From IMG/VR virus record IMGVR_UViG_3300043773_000921, positions 24,549 through 88,548 of that record: a stretch of 64,000 nucleotides of DNA. One strand, 5' to 3'. The DNA is from a virus. The notes below the pieces were generated by a model. The model had not been told where the DNA came from, ran no database searches, and saw nothing but the letters and a program-made list of their open reading frames with translations. Made by a program: the position numbers and the translations under genes. Within the stretch, counting starts at the first letter, position 1; each line of letters opens with the position of its first letter. Shown in pieces: positions 51,701 to 56,301 of the stretch.

Positions 51701-53248
51701 TGCCGTAGTATAACCCCATCTTATTGGAAAACTTACTGCATATTGTAATTTTGATAAAGCTGCTTTGCCTAAATTTTTACCTAATACTCCTGCTGACACA
51801 GCAGCTTTCATACCATTAAGATAGTATCTTCCAAGTGTAGATGACGCTGCTTCTTTTGCTGCTTCTTTTTCTGCAGTAGAAGCTGTTTTAGATATTATAG
51901 TAGGAGCAAACCTTTTCATAACTTCTGCATATCCTTTTGTCATATTTTGCTCTACAATCTCTCTACTTGCTTTATTAGCAAATCCATCAGCTATACCTGT
52001 TGCACCAAGAAACTTTGAAGTAAACTTTTCAGCAGCAAACACAGATCCGCCAGCAAGTAAGTTCATAAACATTCTATCATTATCAGATAGTCCTGCAGCC
52101 TTACCTTCTTCGTTCATTCCATTTGCAGCGTAAATAGCACCAAATAAATATGGAGCGCCATTCATCATTCTAGCAGCAAACTGACCACCTTTTCCAATAG
52201 CTTGAACATACGCAGAAGCACCACCAGTCAAATATCCAATACCGGCCTGTACTGCAAGTTGTGGTAACATATTAGCTACTGTACCAAATCCTGCTCTCCA
52301 AGAACCAAACATACCTTCATTCTCAGCAGCTTCAGATATTTTTGATTTTTGTGCATTACCATAGTTTTGAACAGATCTACCCCATTTTTGCCATGAGTTT
52401 ACATCATCGCTACCTGACATAAACTTACCCATAGTACCCATAGTTTCAATCATACTACCCCACATGTTAGATGTTAAATCTACAGTGCCGTTATAAAAAC
52501 TATCAGATATATGTTGAAAAAATCCAGAATCTTTTTCTTTAGTGCCCCATGTTGATCTTAACTGATTACCAGCAATAACATCATCTTCGTCAACTTCAAC
52601 CCACATTTTGTTAGCATTATCCATTACTAACATTTTCTTTGTTCCATCTTCTGCATATCTATATGGAGAGCCAAAGTAATTAGATTGTTGATACACTTCA
52701 ATACTTTTAAATTCTCCAAGCCCACCATTAGCTTTTGGATCAAAATATTTTTTTCTTGATTCTGCTATCTGGTCATTATTTAAAACTTGTCTTCTAGTAC
52801 CACGAAGTCCATATTCATATCCTATTTCAGAAAGTCTTTTTTGTGAATCTACATATTGATATTTCCATGCATTTTCAGGACTTACGCTCCATGATTTAGG
52901 ATGTGCTTGTATTGGCAATCCAGGTTTAGACTCTGCTGGGGTTCTTATAGATTGTAAAAAATCATAACTTGCATCTCTGTTTTGATCATACCTTCTACTC
53001 AAAGCTGCTTCGTACATATCTTCTTCCATATATGTGCGATATAGCTTTTGGTATTGGAATGGACTCATGTTTCCAATAGAAGGTTGATTTACTCTATAAC
53101 TTTCTTCAAGAGTCATAGGAACAACAGTTAAACCTTGTTCTTTAGCTTCGTACTCTGTTATATTGTTAAGCTTAAGAGTAATAGGATCAATAAATTGTTG
53201 TTTTTGCGGTTCTGGTGTATTGCCAATAATTGGATCTTCTCCTGCCAT
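30755..53248 (-). CDS. Giant virion polyprotein: SF1 helicase + zincin proteases + crAss-type two-barrel RNA polymerase
   Basis: 7497 aa uninterrupted; GYGGVGKST/ADEIS/GDTLQAPP/SPQG/TAVSRA; HEISH; ADGQ..QKS..KKH; MRTPS...GSDQDVD; HEFAH. Confidence 0.85.
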   Translation of the reverse strand: MAGEDPIIGNTPEPQKQQFIDPITLKLNNITEYEAKEQGLTVVPMTLEESYRVNQPSIGNMSPFQYQKLYRTYMEEDMYEAALSRRYDQNRDASYDFLQSIRTPAESKPGLPIQAHPKSWSVSPENAWKYQYVDSQKRLSEIGYEYGLRGTRRQVLNNDQIAESRKKYFDPKANGGLGEFKSIEVYQQSNYFGSPYRYAEDGTKKMLVMDNANKMWVEVDEDDVIAGNQLRSTWGTKEKDSGFFQHISDSFYNGTVDLTSNMWGSMIETMGTMGKFMSGSDDVNSWQKWGRSVQNYGNAQKSKISEAAENEGMFGSWRAGFGTVANMLPQLAVQAGIGYLTGGASAYVQAIGKGGQFAARMMNGAPYLFGAIYAANGMNEEGKAAGLSDNDRMFMNLLAGGSVFAAEKFTSKFLGATGIADGFANKASREIVEQNMTKGYAEVMKRFAPTIISKTASTAEKEAAKEAASSTLGRYYLNGMKAAVSAGVLGKNLGKAALSKLQYAVSFPIRWGYTTAPKSLKGRALGAFASAYEEGWEEEIEKQMNYWFKEAYNSGMIGIDGPDQYAAPGKGMFDNTVHSKPYDEFFAGAIGGGIMGAIFGGRMKRNFSDKNAIEYALQFGGDFDKAYDALVSWKERVGIDSKITDPSDNFLSMYPESERKDIKSRNDIAFESLVEDVRAACQIIKTFKLTDADKIARIAGGDMRLVNDTVENLVNARKLSTEIEGLKKQLQDTKPEDVNYKELERQIQEKEVDLKQVSKLADDVLSGKAIENYRAQTFVRGLLVNNEYNNLYSSIESETDPEVKRQKAQKAFNDSIDNAQKRDLWKDQEKALNLIYNSREILEQFKQSKATIEERTKQSNDFVGEFDSIDFTNLDSIKDVLQKVNGNHLEEIVGKKIDDISKKINDEREKIQNELDTDFNSVREKFGFDDVTFDDLYNKTGNDEIDAAINEILGKNKDKVERFSGLNGVDNEIKNAKLLLKNRGSVKYVPGGGIDTRTGEWNNGDYFTQQANQRKYKKVNKDVETEIDEKTFVSMQDAAKAQGKDSFEYNGEMFIAEDSNQIKVDGKKAVDRSTLVDDSQLFDFLEIDDVNELFLKMPTVGGMNIREELNKISKEYDETKVLTAQMKERLKEINKNITDQEEMLSVYKWAKMLSENKILSPIQEEYMDMQTFNEINLPAYINKIAVDRSYFMNVAISTLSKDDRDKKLNDLKDNVIKMQAHVYNELVAELNGDDIVVNGQTVKFPGEISLDSSETEVMQAYQWMHYFIQNLTPDQKNEFKKTFDKFWSTKVESKDSIPSAKEQGMFLEGFDLMLDFEAFKDGYTKSKYHNKNNSYRELFYYHAINMMMNVDPMIAFGAISNVIDAVDASQKFELDKSKYPAGDHTAEQIMNVMIGITHLSENIKRNEANPDVAFIELLDHVKSTMKIGASREGRFNKAKGLYERVKNSATGKYNKDGKHIKDNVMSFFGYGGVGKSTFIIKTLSEIALSLGKKNFVFIAPNIEQKNILESTVKNIFPKGVHAEFYLVSDFVKKQDQYKDYVIFADEISLYSDEEKNSIAFNYSKIGGKKISTVDNVGFIDESNTVFLLGDTLQAPPSGEIYDNSPRIEQFTQHGFNITSVKRSSFIEIYKIQTEFRRNAKNNELGPPQLFGYSYSEDDNVKKGVKLNNDKDGFLAESKAAVESGIGYIIVHSEKEYNEIINDISPDKHDRVFLMTQLSKSPQGRTLDGEVYVYMPYSTTDTKSQYNNNKLYNMYMLTAVSRASQFVSVYTGDGLGNKNSVKVSEDKIESFDDSAESKVERKQQLWNRISGVVKGLTAVKPVPLPVRNTNKPKAPVVQTEDLNQEEEKPEKNAASNNTKGKGVKSNSKKPKKTTQVKSTNKKRKTTNKNKKQYEEQQEALEEETNEPVTAYEQNVSNQGDMSEDELDNLDGNQDTDTDHSNIESTIDNGEFGLTLKTGENNVNLVTTFVNGNPFVVVVGGTYRKPDGEIIKVTRIISNDDGTYSVKTDKLKMVIPLEKFSELALSPSIDILDKYENALISFTQSGILTLFGKTIGYTPAMGPLTDKKTLAAKYQEMANATAMLYKNLGQRFEVKIEIVKNMPTVDWNGSVNTAFPYVLQVSIDNGDGFKYFTTHYLQNPERANKTVPDNPQQENLEVYNNTLFGIVEKLYNANRTEFYTSANKNNISASSFIGFHKDIPVMSYSQVKDMVGMYGMEITETFQGVNKDGIAETYAIAHFGNKDNGQKIIFQSVTASNMNDEQKNLMLNEVNRMRGILQNAVNQKKPNEAVNKQALQGTDSIFAFNNSFSLRYNSVIAQKLYTEKDAENETTINERIKIRLEVLNDLAAFLSPVKDADYKYKYESLVSQFRLNTKMQGGKEVTGIEYMSTVKGLFLRMPVIDISAGILLDDTKGLASKITNQQELENYTSSFAEIQSELEDILGEGIQLGIIKSDLYHGFVDKLGKIHMNMHNGAFNPKTLSHEISHYVSEFLLTDEKQAELFDEVDKKYGVTQKQGNWRNDLDARRTVAEHLADDGERYKSDRRNLKGISKVMRSFFDWFNRFMSRIGIINDKINDFYYDLYVAKKYKSLSGMALNTVRDEMPYDSLYSRIIYDDSSFNTVANNFFYDNQIARQVANNVAEIAAKEVIMPSMNRRMFLDGAMSFTDMINRIENNSREKVMYDTDENGNTIYKEQIINGKSMFLPVIRELTVDYTKPFLRWNYNATDENGNSVTGLHLQYYDESIKGYKTAVPNSQGIFFTEKRQREEFRRLLQKSVDEFEIETVNGLVSVVDKTVEGKMKLKGIISNKDKVLYKNAMLLNRKVFKAMINRIFPSLDVDTIINRDGQVRYSDILESLIRVQDANIRKNEEELNPMDKQSDIMKLMLNTIPVYHFSPDGSVVEMRGKKLNYEVANKILTDIHSNLWIGNSQDGIEAFAKSMKMFIEYKMMNNTNPTELNSDAKFISAYSIYKTYFDPQAKQSTDRYYYPSHTRIYNWNKQLSTKTRGTKDYQDALDRFYAEYLTAVNTEKESDETIRKQTLLTKDEFELNIAKRSKLSETILNSVITHFGSLTSNKFENVKKYGKGKRTTFVSMAKQSSSAHDTKLKLEQSIISNLQINGGLMPDRYVDLFINRKRPLKVKEGQEKSNSYFTMTDRGIRYRHKTNDPSDLGVIIMPLENGKFRNMKPDEINKLTQYAKNAQTNISGIIRKVFTDFFNMSKSSTAKNAAKVLSVPKVGSNSHGIENLSDVLAPLIASMYVYTVERTVDPNKILATQPVYPLYLQALANAAKDSGQKENYGKITDATIDSILDKDAGSNILKDGEEYFFPTGFYKELQALAEIMTYNENNPTILSLDGRRKLYTIGNSHNFNYKFSNGKNDSLVEKFEEVVKGPHTNPNARGGKILNPILERKGVITSTPYMMGIDSTGKTAELKNMTVQDNLHAALANFTKNENQKALTYNISPVLIPVNNGGNRGRQHLFEVRLGHFNGNGNGFLTKQTIDNVDTFKLDVRNITSQLKRGFAIKEEAQVHSINRWMNFLMNPANNKVTNNASSYFASLGLGLSPIDTTMPGWKAQRDATVPALVEYLKNYDAWIIEDDVVGFEGSGLRLGSDFLIIKANKNDRGGRLHLGHDASMMNKVLTRNEDGSLKFRSIAQQLFNYSNYNNDVTIDVDDNNQITFKLHEVLRTDDFNNEQIYVNYIDNLGLTQTYMFTDDDLQKIVDSLFEKHYKETNEIALADGYKMTSENVFDLYPYEDNIKVVDGINIYGTTPSVIWKGLIIGHAMVNYFSDHAIEGTEANHLSSVVYENESGPLAYGVNRNKRALSHTSTGFTPSFKTHNGMDEETRILVIKDLKVNASINTLNGEINKDHIVADGQSLNNPFYMEMYFNSIGGNNGSLNRRIQKSIAQQFNYRNGSTFLKKHNGVILSKTIIDSSVDMANMFEYMLNPALRLVIKGEDLNKISFLKKSDIDNLANDNLYQRYLIYFDQTATETALKQTLSNINSKFGNLKTMLEGSIKYKNNAPAVDSILSDWKNSQFNDTIVGQYDFIGKVLADTNNQGMLSQEGEKDHSRAIEMLVDFYAEYRAKNPDTYKTKYPYLSSIQFTGNKKDQTKDFEMPFVAFNKSAGATHSDANGQFNQGRPMPMFVKDGDAAPTNFYELVDYWKNQTEDAPYDKWTYMFDNTQEITQLNPEREIDDNEESPMVQAMSIILANPNSLNTGLAQEIATELSSLMRVGLENVMRFITNEGKWSEDVDQRIKDLKIQTGAITSETGVGLSNKEIATIENFVKSKIKKSMSQSDDTTMLSEIISDDQISLNVSHGAVTRAQQYVAAFLRKEAVKRKVDAMRLVQVAGNFIDIVEHKETGEVFMLAEAYKHAAKMGVSFDSLFDVNSVRGLKHTTIDTKPDLSVEQLAQVRAIDTVMNQAIAENPSNEKQIRKDFSRIKMKYLAEQNLLDVSKGEAIVPAVMFKKFNIPSNVGLNEIFRLYGKKDGIVNETNLMEASSDYNATKELIQSFVNDNISFEMKYNSNGKPRVEVLYNENQSGLNTYFEMMFVDGLNKYLKDNYKKFGSIYAKVDKEMELKHGDSYRAMKEGSLEKSVEDIKQELRTRLAEESTAFAQSEIANLVDKYTDAITSVAITLKDNIGMRTPSGPGSGFINNIVGFINDASSVGYVNTIKNLIDGSDQDVDQFTIYYLSSTMLDSGKMSILEYNNWKDKQKKDGNYDALSNEEAKVINNRLIRHLQRYYSDPLNAELTMAAIDLDPVKKAADGTYRELFKDGDLAHNIGHSFVYRNIAMDGQAVGPFANAQKLQTLLYSGYSMNQRRGIDSSIYNFKINKVENAIGQLEDEYSKVPVYMEMLINAATDNPKLLILGAMNITMNNADMASAMMFAPKDIHDYMRSIPGNENMNEVDAVLNFLKLDANKDIFNYVKSNSGMYNGGFSRSYYNTAYNYYKKLQAHGSEYEEQYKNNLNKNSDIFDSMVSFLINDVGYDEAFINTAIATAQTENKGDVLLSMIRNININNISKEISKKHNILKNVLDNFIKNNLDEITDNEFKAEIEKALNSKDVQASYDIVTSIASMSPADNLVNINNESKLLSEKYKKFFKDLKSYKDNLDKNRNLSRKTDPNYINEVYLVTKYAMLGDIMSDLVKVANINQFKQSKAYDQKKFENDFTFATGYTIDELIGIYDRFNSWKKDNGASSTIGDYFDANPNEKKPIEAVRETAFKTKANTMAQVDFSYMRDSIESPVTGEVINYYEDYHKIFDFASILLSRPDVMESFRASQMFKDINSSIFNIESTEIQSMIDTITDNIAYDILPEAKSIVLKEEISKYFVHLYLSEINNNGFESEVKEDIFKALEKFNILTLPMTSGSATSNGMMHNIGNPIGVRNFISNFPEFFDQVIRQSEMQRLKEMGSKFTAQDLESAYEFIDRIEKYSYNRMDYLEVQKSRVQNANENEMLRDGFNKLSNETQTLLALYHILKNQFDTSRSFFGEVLPKKFLIDYSKFLKEVLPTKEISQDLNNISDMILSNTSLDLLKNEKRIYKDGKEFSQAPSAWYGVAKHYKKTIQTQKSKVGTTIRTYALATTNGINGVALTQGSATRTSLSNVVPFDSVINMYNDTDAMGNPITISLSYTPTILRNLNIPMSFALNLRPHAYIKNILHGHLENDIQKAIKRQTQEGVELTPQDVLQIVNDVMSRDLNNVYNKKGIPALQDKETAMDMENMIRNNVFNLTVNSILQKHGPNADAVLQSLDGKMLKDEYYYSDIAPSYTLHAALNMLKAEGKPFTIENLRAIESIPSIEIFSDTYGVQSNEDAPLVNLLGTFGNYFTRENARDSGYVVAVNMKGPNGVGTKDLFYEAAKEIFQDTSLKNDQLNTLLANILIADSIGMSTANMKNRINSLSTVSTSNIDLLKEVAFKTYYKHVDRNIDEDISKRHSTKYHNINKSIAEGKITELFGSIKSTVETLQRYQETPYEVGDMIHFPDGIVGIVINVTSENNVNYVINHKLTDNRNIFNAQRAVVSLENIMQKNNTRFALDGFVRTIAGIMPNVEYRYVNDEEARQIQRSEHDSVSFYQDGIVYINVDKADRGVAIHEFAHPLTLAMQIEKPELFNAIAQQVSQSSVMDYVRKMYKDDLDTEEAMILEAIPTYIQFRYYARLAHEMSPEERANWEMFFAEAGSIFKEALIGDVNAESSIDNVDFKTADLNSISDAILNDMLKGKEFVVRNKEAFNIARFLPYTMRASSASSVKNINLTNIDTLFQRKSHNTKDDKARRQIMDSIQGNTFSGLSGTYDLTMRNKDFYDPNGNYDQKRKEKFIAQIVENEMAFYGGIEKNIIQFLDELKDLEPLAAAKQSLFASWNKRYDLPNATEVQKEQLTQNVIKMMNKLGYNPNLDKAMMLSEAEQTLGLKLPNGVKLDNTIVIVHNIGKPAQEISILNVSPEYLSNHGVEKNNIAAAFIGENLTNKEKKRAKKLQNVTLSNDNGHIEAVKTAIIAMAIKKSSPGTVIRKVGAMHVNGSNISVRSRDVDDTVRQIELLVDNVPQLRDNLEVDIRDIVSDKTLYNMNLYKVPVGTRLLNYFRTLISTLKPNDNYKKSVQNTIDQGIKVFENGDNSFYQDIQKAVFGRIMHLAEELDSDVAKAANEEYQFLLQTYRELTGYNEINTQRFNELSFDEKLIQTADRWTGQIRTWLFDQVDLASRKGVDEMVPFNKELNKRTKTLNTLSGNILSYGLDKSHDLFKPLFKKATGYDQNGKEVPISTHEIHCDINDAETARALANREITTEQLEFGKWLADSMYEEFVQYVMTVERKNISQRANMTEVELRAAAENEVARRYKRGMMPVFIRSTGSALSEGKLMDALNMYMKNAGRFIGGALYEEFTQTEDAEYQKESFRKLMSPFWNQFQNAELYGGSFRMKLLGLDLKVRNQDRSLEVIAPELQNSLSYNLQNIGNYTMMASKRTKYMQRAVASANIAMDMLRGEEAMRGVNTKDAREHVENYINRQIYGNLPEMPKVMLGNISVNIDYMLDASNRFINMAHLAVKPGVAMKNVVATTSKLLINALINQISGKNFNIANVTRAVEQMFSNGEKIRALNEKYQFVNMSEKDLINHFQHVISKANATEPDAQMILNWFGDYYNQLIGGIAQMINDGTYDAHDDEGNYDETKDKRFVGEDGEYIKNAIIEQQYKEGYHVLDNGKMTHAYTQRQENHVKLQVQRFVGELTDPKYKNLASSYSFVRAASSMRSYMYNVAQAWWKNPSQTVHLGDFKVIEIDGKKEPVWAPELTEGMINTLIYCAKGLRNFVKTGTFDDYKNMSSFQKRNLIAMATFTGIMAGVYLLADSMLYDEDRKKVKKYRYEKDPKTGKRKRVDIDEPWISERLLSMLYDTKYDMPLKGDLSMTEMFAKNILLKGVEEQLSYVSPYRMFQDIGNMPSTHIMQADNVAQTFVSTLMLPWTLYQQQDIEGITNELDEYFYDLSKNMPLGGGYRDVHDTYDYMLNYIGESTKK

Positions 53249-53250
53249 AA

Positions 53251-56235
53251 TTATTTAGTTATTGGATTTGCTTTTATTTCTTTCTTTTCTGGTTGTGTCA
53301 TTGACCTTAAACGATTATTTTTATATGTAATAATCTTTTGTTCTGTTTTAGGTGCATTAGCAGCTGCCATTTGTGCTTGTATTTCTATAGCAGCAGTAGT
53401 TCTATATAATGTTTCTCCTTTACTATTTTTGTCTTCTTGTAAATATAGTTGAGTTTTTGCCCAATCTTTTACTTTGCCATTTGTTCCAACTATTGTTTCA
53501 TTTACAACTCTAGGCGATTTATCCCAGTTTGCATAACCTGTTTTACCATCACGAATAGATATTGCTTTTGCTAAAGTTTCTTGTATTTCTTGTCCTGATG
53601 CATTTTTTTTCAACATATATATTTCATCAAATGCTCTAGAACCTGGTTTTATATTTAATTTTTCAGCAAATACAGCATTTCTTTGTTCGTGATAATTTGG
53701 ATAATTTTCTTTATCGTGCCGAAATGATATTCTTGAAGTCTTTTCAGCTTCTTCCCATACTGCTTTTTTATCTTCATCTTGTGCATATGCAGGAAGTTGT
53801 CTTGCAAGAGTAGTTCCATTTTTTTGCCAATAAGCAATAACATCTTCTTTTTTACCTACAAGATTTACATTAGATGTAATAGATGTTCCACTTTCTGCTA
53901 TAGCATTTGCACCACCTGATTTATTTAGTTCAAATAATACTTTTTCAGAGTTTTTACCCATTCCTGCAACTCTTTTAGTTTTATCAGGATATCCATTAGT
54001 TGTAGCCATGCCATTTTGAATGTTCCAATATCCATTTGAACCATAGTCAACTTTAGTATTAAAGTCTTTTAATTGTTCTTCATTCATTTGATCAACTACA
54101 GATAAAGGAATGAATGCACCTTGTTTATATTCTTTGCCATTTATTGTCATTTTATACTTCGCTTTAGCTCCTGCATTAGACGCTATACCAAGATTTACAA
54201 ATGAATGTTCTTCTGATATTCCCTCAAATCTAAATACATTACCAAATAGTTGACCACCATTAACTACGGTTATACCTACTTGTGCAAGTTGATTGTTAAA
54301 TAGTTGGTCTGCTTGCTTTCCTACTTTATTACCTCCAATATCATCATACCATGCATTTTTAATGTAACTTAATAAATCTTCATCTTGATATACAATCGTA
54401 GCTTTGGTTCCATCGTATGATGTCATTCCTTGTATACCACGTGTTAAATAATTATCATTTAATGTTTTATGAGCATATTTAGCTTTTTTTGTTTTTTCTT
54501 CTGCGTATGCTTCTGCATCTTCTTCTGACATTTTTCTATCTCTAATAGCATATTCTTTTAATGATTCTTTATAAAGATCTATTTTTTCACCACTAAAGTC
54601 AGGATTTGGTAAATATGTAGTTTTGCCATTTTCGTCTTTATTTAAAATAAATGGAGATATACTTGCATATGTCATTTGATTTATATCAAAATCTGTTGTT
54701 GGTAAATCAGGTTTTGAAAGAAAATTATTTATTATATCTTCAAATGATCCATTACCAAGTGTAAGCCAATTTGCTAAATCATTAAACGCGCTTAAATCAT
54801 CTTCATTGTTTAATAATTTTTTAAATTCCTCTTCTGAAATACCAATATTATTTGCTACTGCCACAGAAAAATCTTCTTGGTTTGCTGCTAGCACTGCTGC
54901 TTCTGCTGCTTTTGCATCATTATATCCTTGCTGCCAAGTATCAAGTGCTGTGACAGTTTTATTTTGATCTGATTTAAAACTATCAACAGTAATCAATCTT
55001 TTATCATTTTCAGCTTCTACTATTTCTGTTACAAATCTTTCGTAATCACCTAATAAAGCATCTTGGTCTAATGTACCTCCAATGTCATTTCCTTTTTCAT
55101 CTTTAGTTCCTGCTTTAAAATAATACCCATCATGAGTTTCGTAATATTTTTTACCAGCTTCTTGATTTTTAGCATTCCAATCTTCTACAGCTTTTTTGTA
55201 TTCTGCTTCTTTTACTTTGCCATCTGTTCCTAAATAATCACCTTGATTTGGATATCCATCTGTAAATATATCTCCGTATGCTTTAGTTTGAAATATGGCT
55301 TTTACACTTTTATTACCTGGAAGACCTACTTTACTAGCAGGTACAGTTTCGGCTGTTAATGACAAAAACTTATTAGCAAATCCACTTTTCATGTCATCAC
55401 CTTCTACTCCGTTCATAAAACCACCACTAAAAGCTTTTTTTAATGCTTCTTGTTTTACTGCTTCTAGTTGTCCTTTTTGTGTTGGATTTTCACCGTAGAT
55501 GTTATTATTACTCTTTTGAGTAGTTACTGAAGTATTATGTTCAGTTACTAAAAACACCCAATCATCTTTCAAATCTTGTGTTATTTGATCAGAGCCACCA
55601 CCAGATGTAAACTCGCTTGTTCCTAAACCAGCATATCTTTCGCCTAATGCTTTTAATGCATCATCAAATGTTGCTATATGTGAAGTAAAAGAAAAATCTT
55701 CCATCCAAGCAAACTCACCAGGATTAGTTATTTGTAAACCTTCATTTGTTTGAGCTCTTTGCATTAAATATGACCAATCTGAATGTGCTATGCCTACGCC
55801 AGTTCTACCAAGCATATCCATGTTAATTAAACCAGATGCTCTTTTTTCTTTTACAGTTGCATCGTATGCATCAAGTCTTTCTTTATTGTTTAAAAGTCTT
55901 TGCTTGACAGCTGGATTAGTAATATCATTTTGTTGAATAATCAATCTTTTATATTCTGGTTGCGTAATAGCAACTTCAGGCCCAAACCAGTTTATAAGAT
56001 TTTTTATTTCTTGTTGATTTCTTTTATACTGATCATACCATTGTTCGGTTTGTCCAGTTGTACCTTTTATTTCTGGATCTTTTTCATCTCCTTTAGCAGT
56101 TGTTCCAGATGATGGTGATTTTTTATTCATCATTAACTGCTGTATAAGAGGGGTTAAATCAAGCGCCTTTCTTTCTAAAGGTACTGTTGGAATGTCGACT
56201 GTGCCGCCTGTTGTAACGAAAGATGGGAATGTCAT
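53251..56235 (-). CDS. Large internal virion (ejection/cargo) protein
   Basis: About 994 aa immediately upstream of the RNAP polyprotein; ATG 56235 preferred over TTG 56265. Confidence 0.55.
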   Translation of the reverse strand: MTFPSFVTTGGTVDIPTVPLERKALDLTPLIQQLMMNKKSPSSGTTAKGDEKDPEIKGTTGQTEQWYDQYKRNQQEIKNLINWFGPEVAITQPEYKRLIIQQNDITNPAVKQRLLNNKERLDAYDATVKEKRASGLINMDMLGRTGVGIAHSDWSYLMQRAQTNEGLQITNPGEFAWMEDFSFTSHIATFDDALKALGERYAGLGTSEFTSGGGSDQITQDLKDDWVFLVTEHNTSVTTQKSNNNIYGENPTQKGQLEAVKQEALKKAFSGGFMNGVEGDDMKSGFANKFLSLTAETVPASKVGLPGNKSVKAIFQTKAYGDIFTDGYPNQGDYLGTDGKVKEAEYKKAVEDWNAKNQEAGKKYYETHDGYYFKAGTKDEKGNDIGGTLDQDALLGDYERFVTEIVEAENDKRLITVDSFKSDQNKTVTALDTWQQGYNDAKAAEAAVLAANQEDFSVAVANNIGISEEEFKKLLNNEDDLSAFNDLANWLTLGNGSFEDIINNFLSKPDLPTTDFDINQMTYASISPFILNKDENGKTTYLPNPDFSGEKIDLYKESLKEYAIRDRKMSEEDAEAYAEEKTKKAKYAHKTLNDNYLTRGIQGMTSYDGTKATIVYQDEDLLSYIKNAWYDDIGGNKVGKQADQLFNNQLAQVGITVVNGGQLFGNVFRFEGISEEHSFVNLGIASNAGAKAKYKMTINGKEYKQGAFIPLSVVDQMNEEQLKDFNTKVDYGSNGYWNIQNGMATTNGYPDKTKRVAGMGKNSEKVLFELNKSGGANAIAESGTSITSNVNLVGKKEDVIAYWQKNGTTLARQLPAYAQDEDKKAVWEEAEKTSRISFRHDKENYPNYHEQRNAVFAEKLNIKPGSRAFDEIYMLKKNASGQEIQETLAKAISIRDGKTGYANWDKSPRVVNETIVGTNGKVKDWAKTQLYLQEDKNSKGETLYRTTAAIEIQAQMAAANAPKTEQKIITYKNNRLRSMTQPEKKEIKANPITK

Positions 56236-56249
56236 ATCTATATAAATAA

Positions 56250-56279
56250 AGGCTTGATCATTCAAAGATAAACAAGCCT
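56250..56279 (-). promoter_or_regulatory. Inverted repeat enclosing a TAnnTTTG element
   Basis: AGGCTTG-N16-CAAGCCT with minus-strand TATCTTTG (56263-56270) in the spacer. Confidence 0.4.
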
Positions 56280-56301
56280 GCGTTAATAAAAAAATATTTT
56301 A

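Noticed and set aside
30755-53248. Inteins or introns inflating the giant ORF
   Set aside because: No intein splice-junction or LAGLIDADG motifs noticed and the frame is continuous; an HMM scan would be needed to exclude them fully
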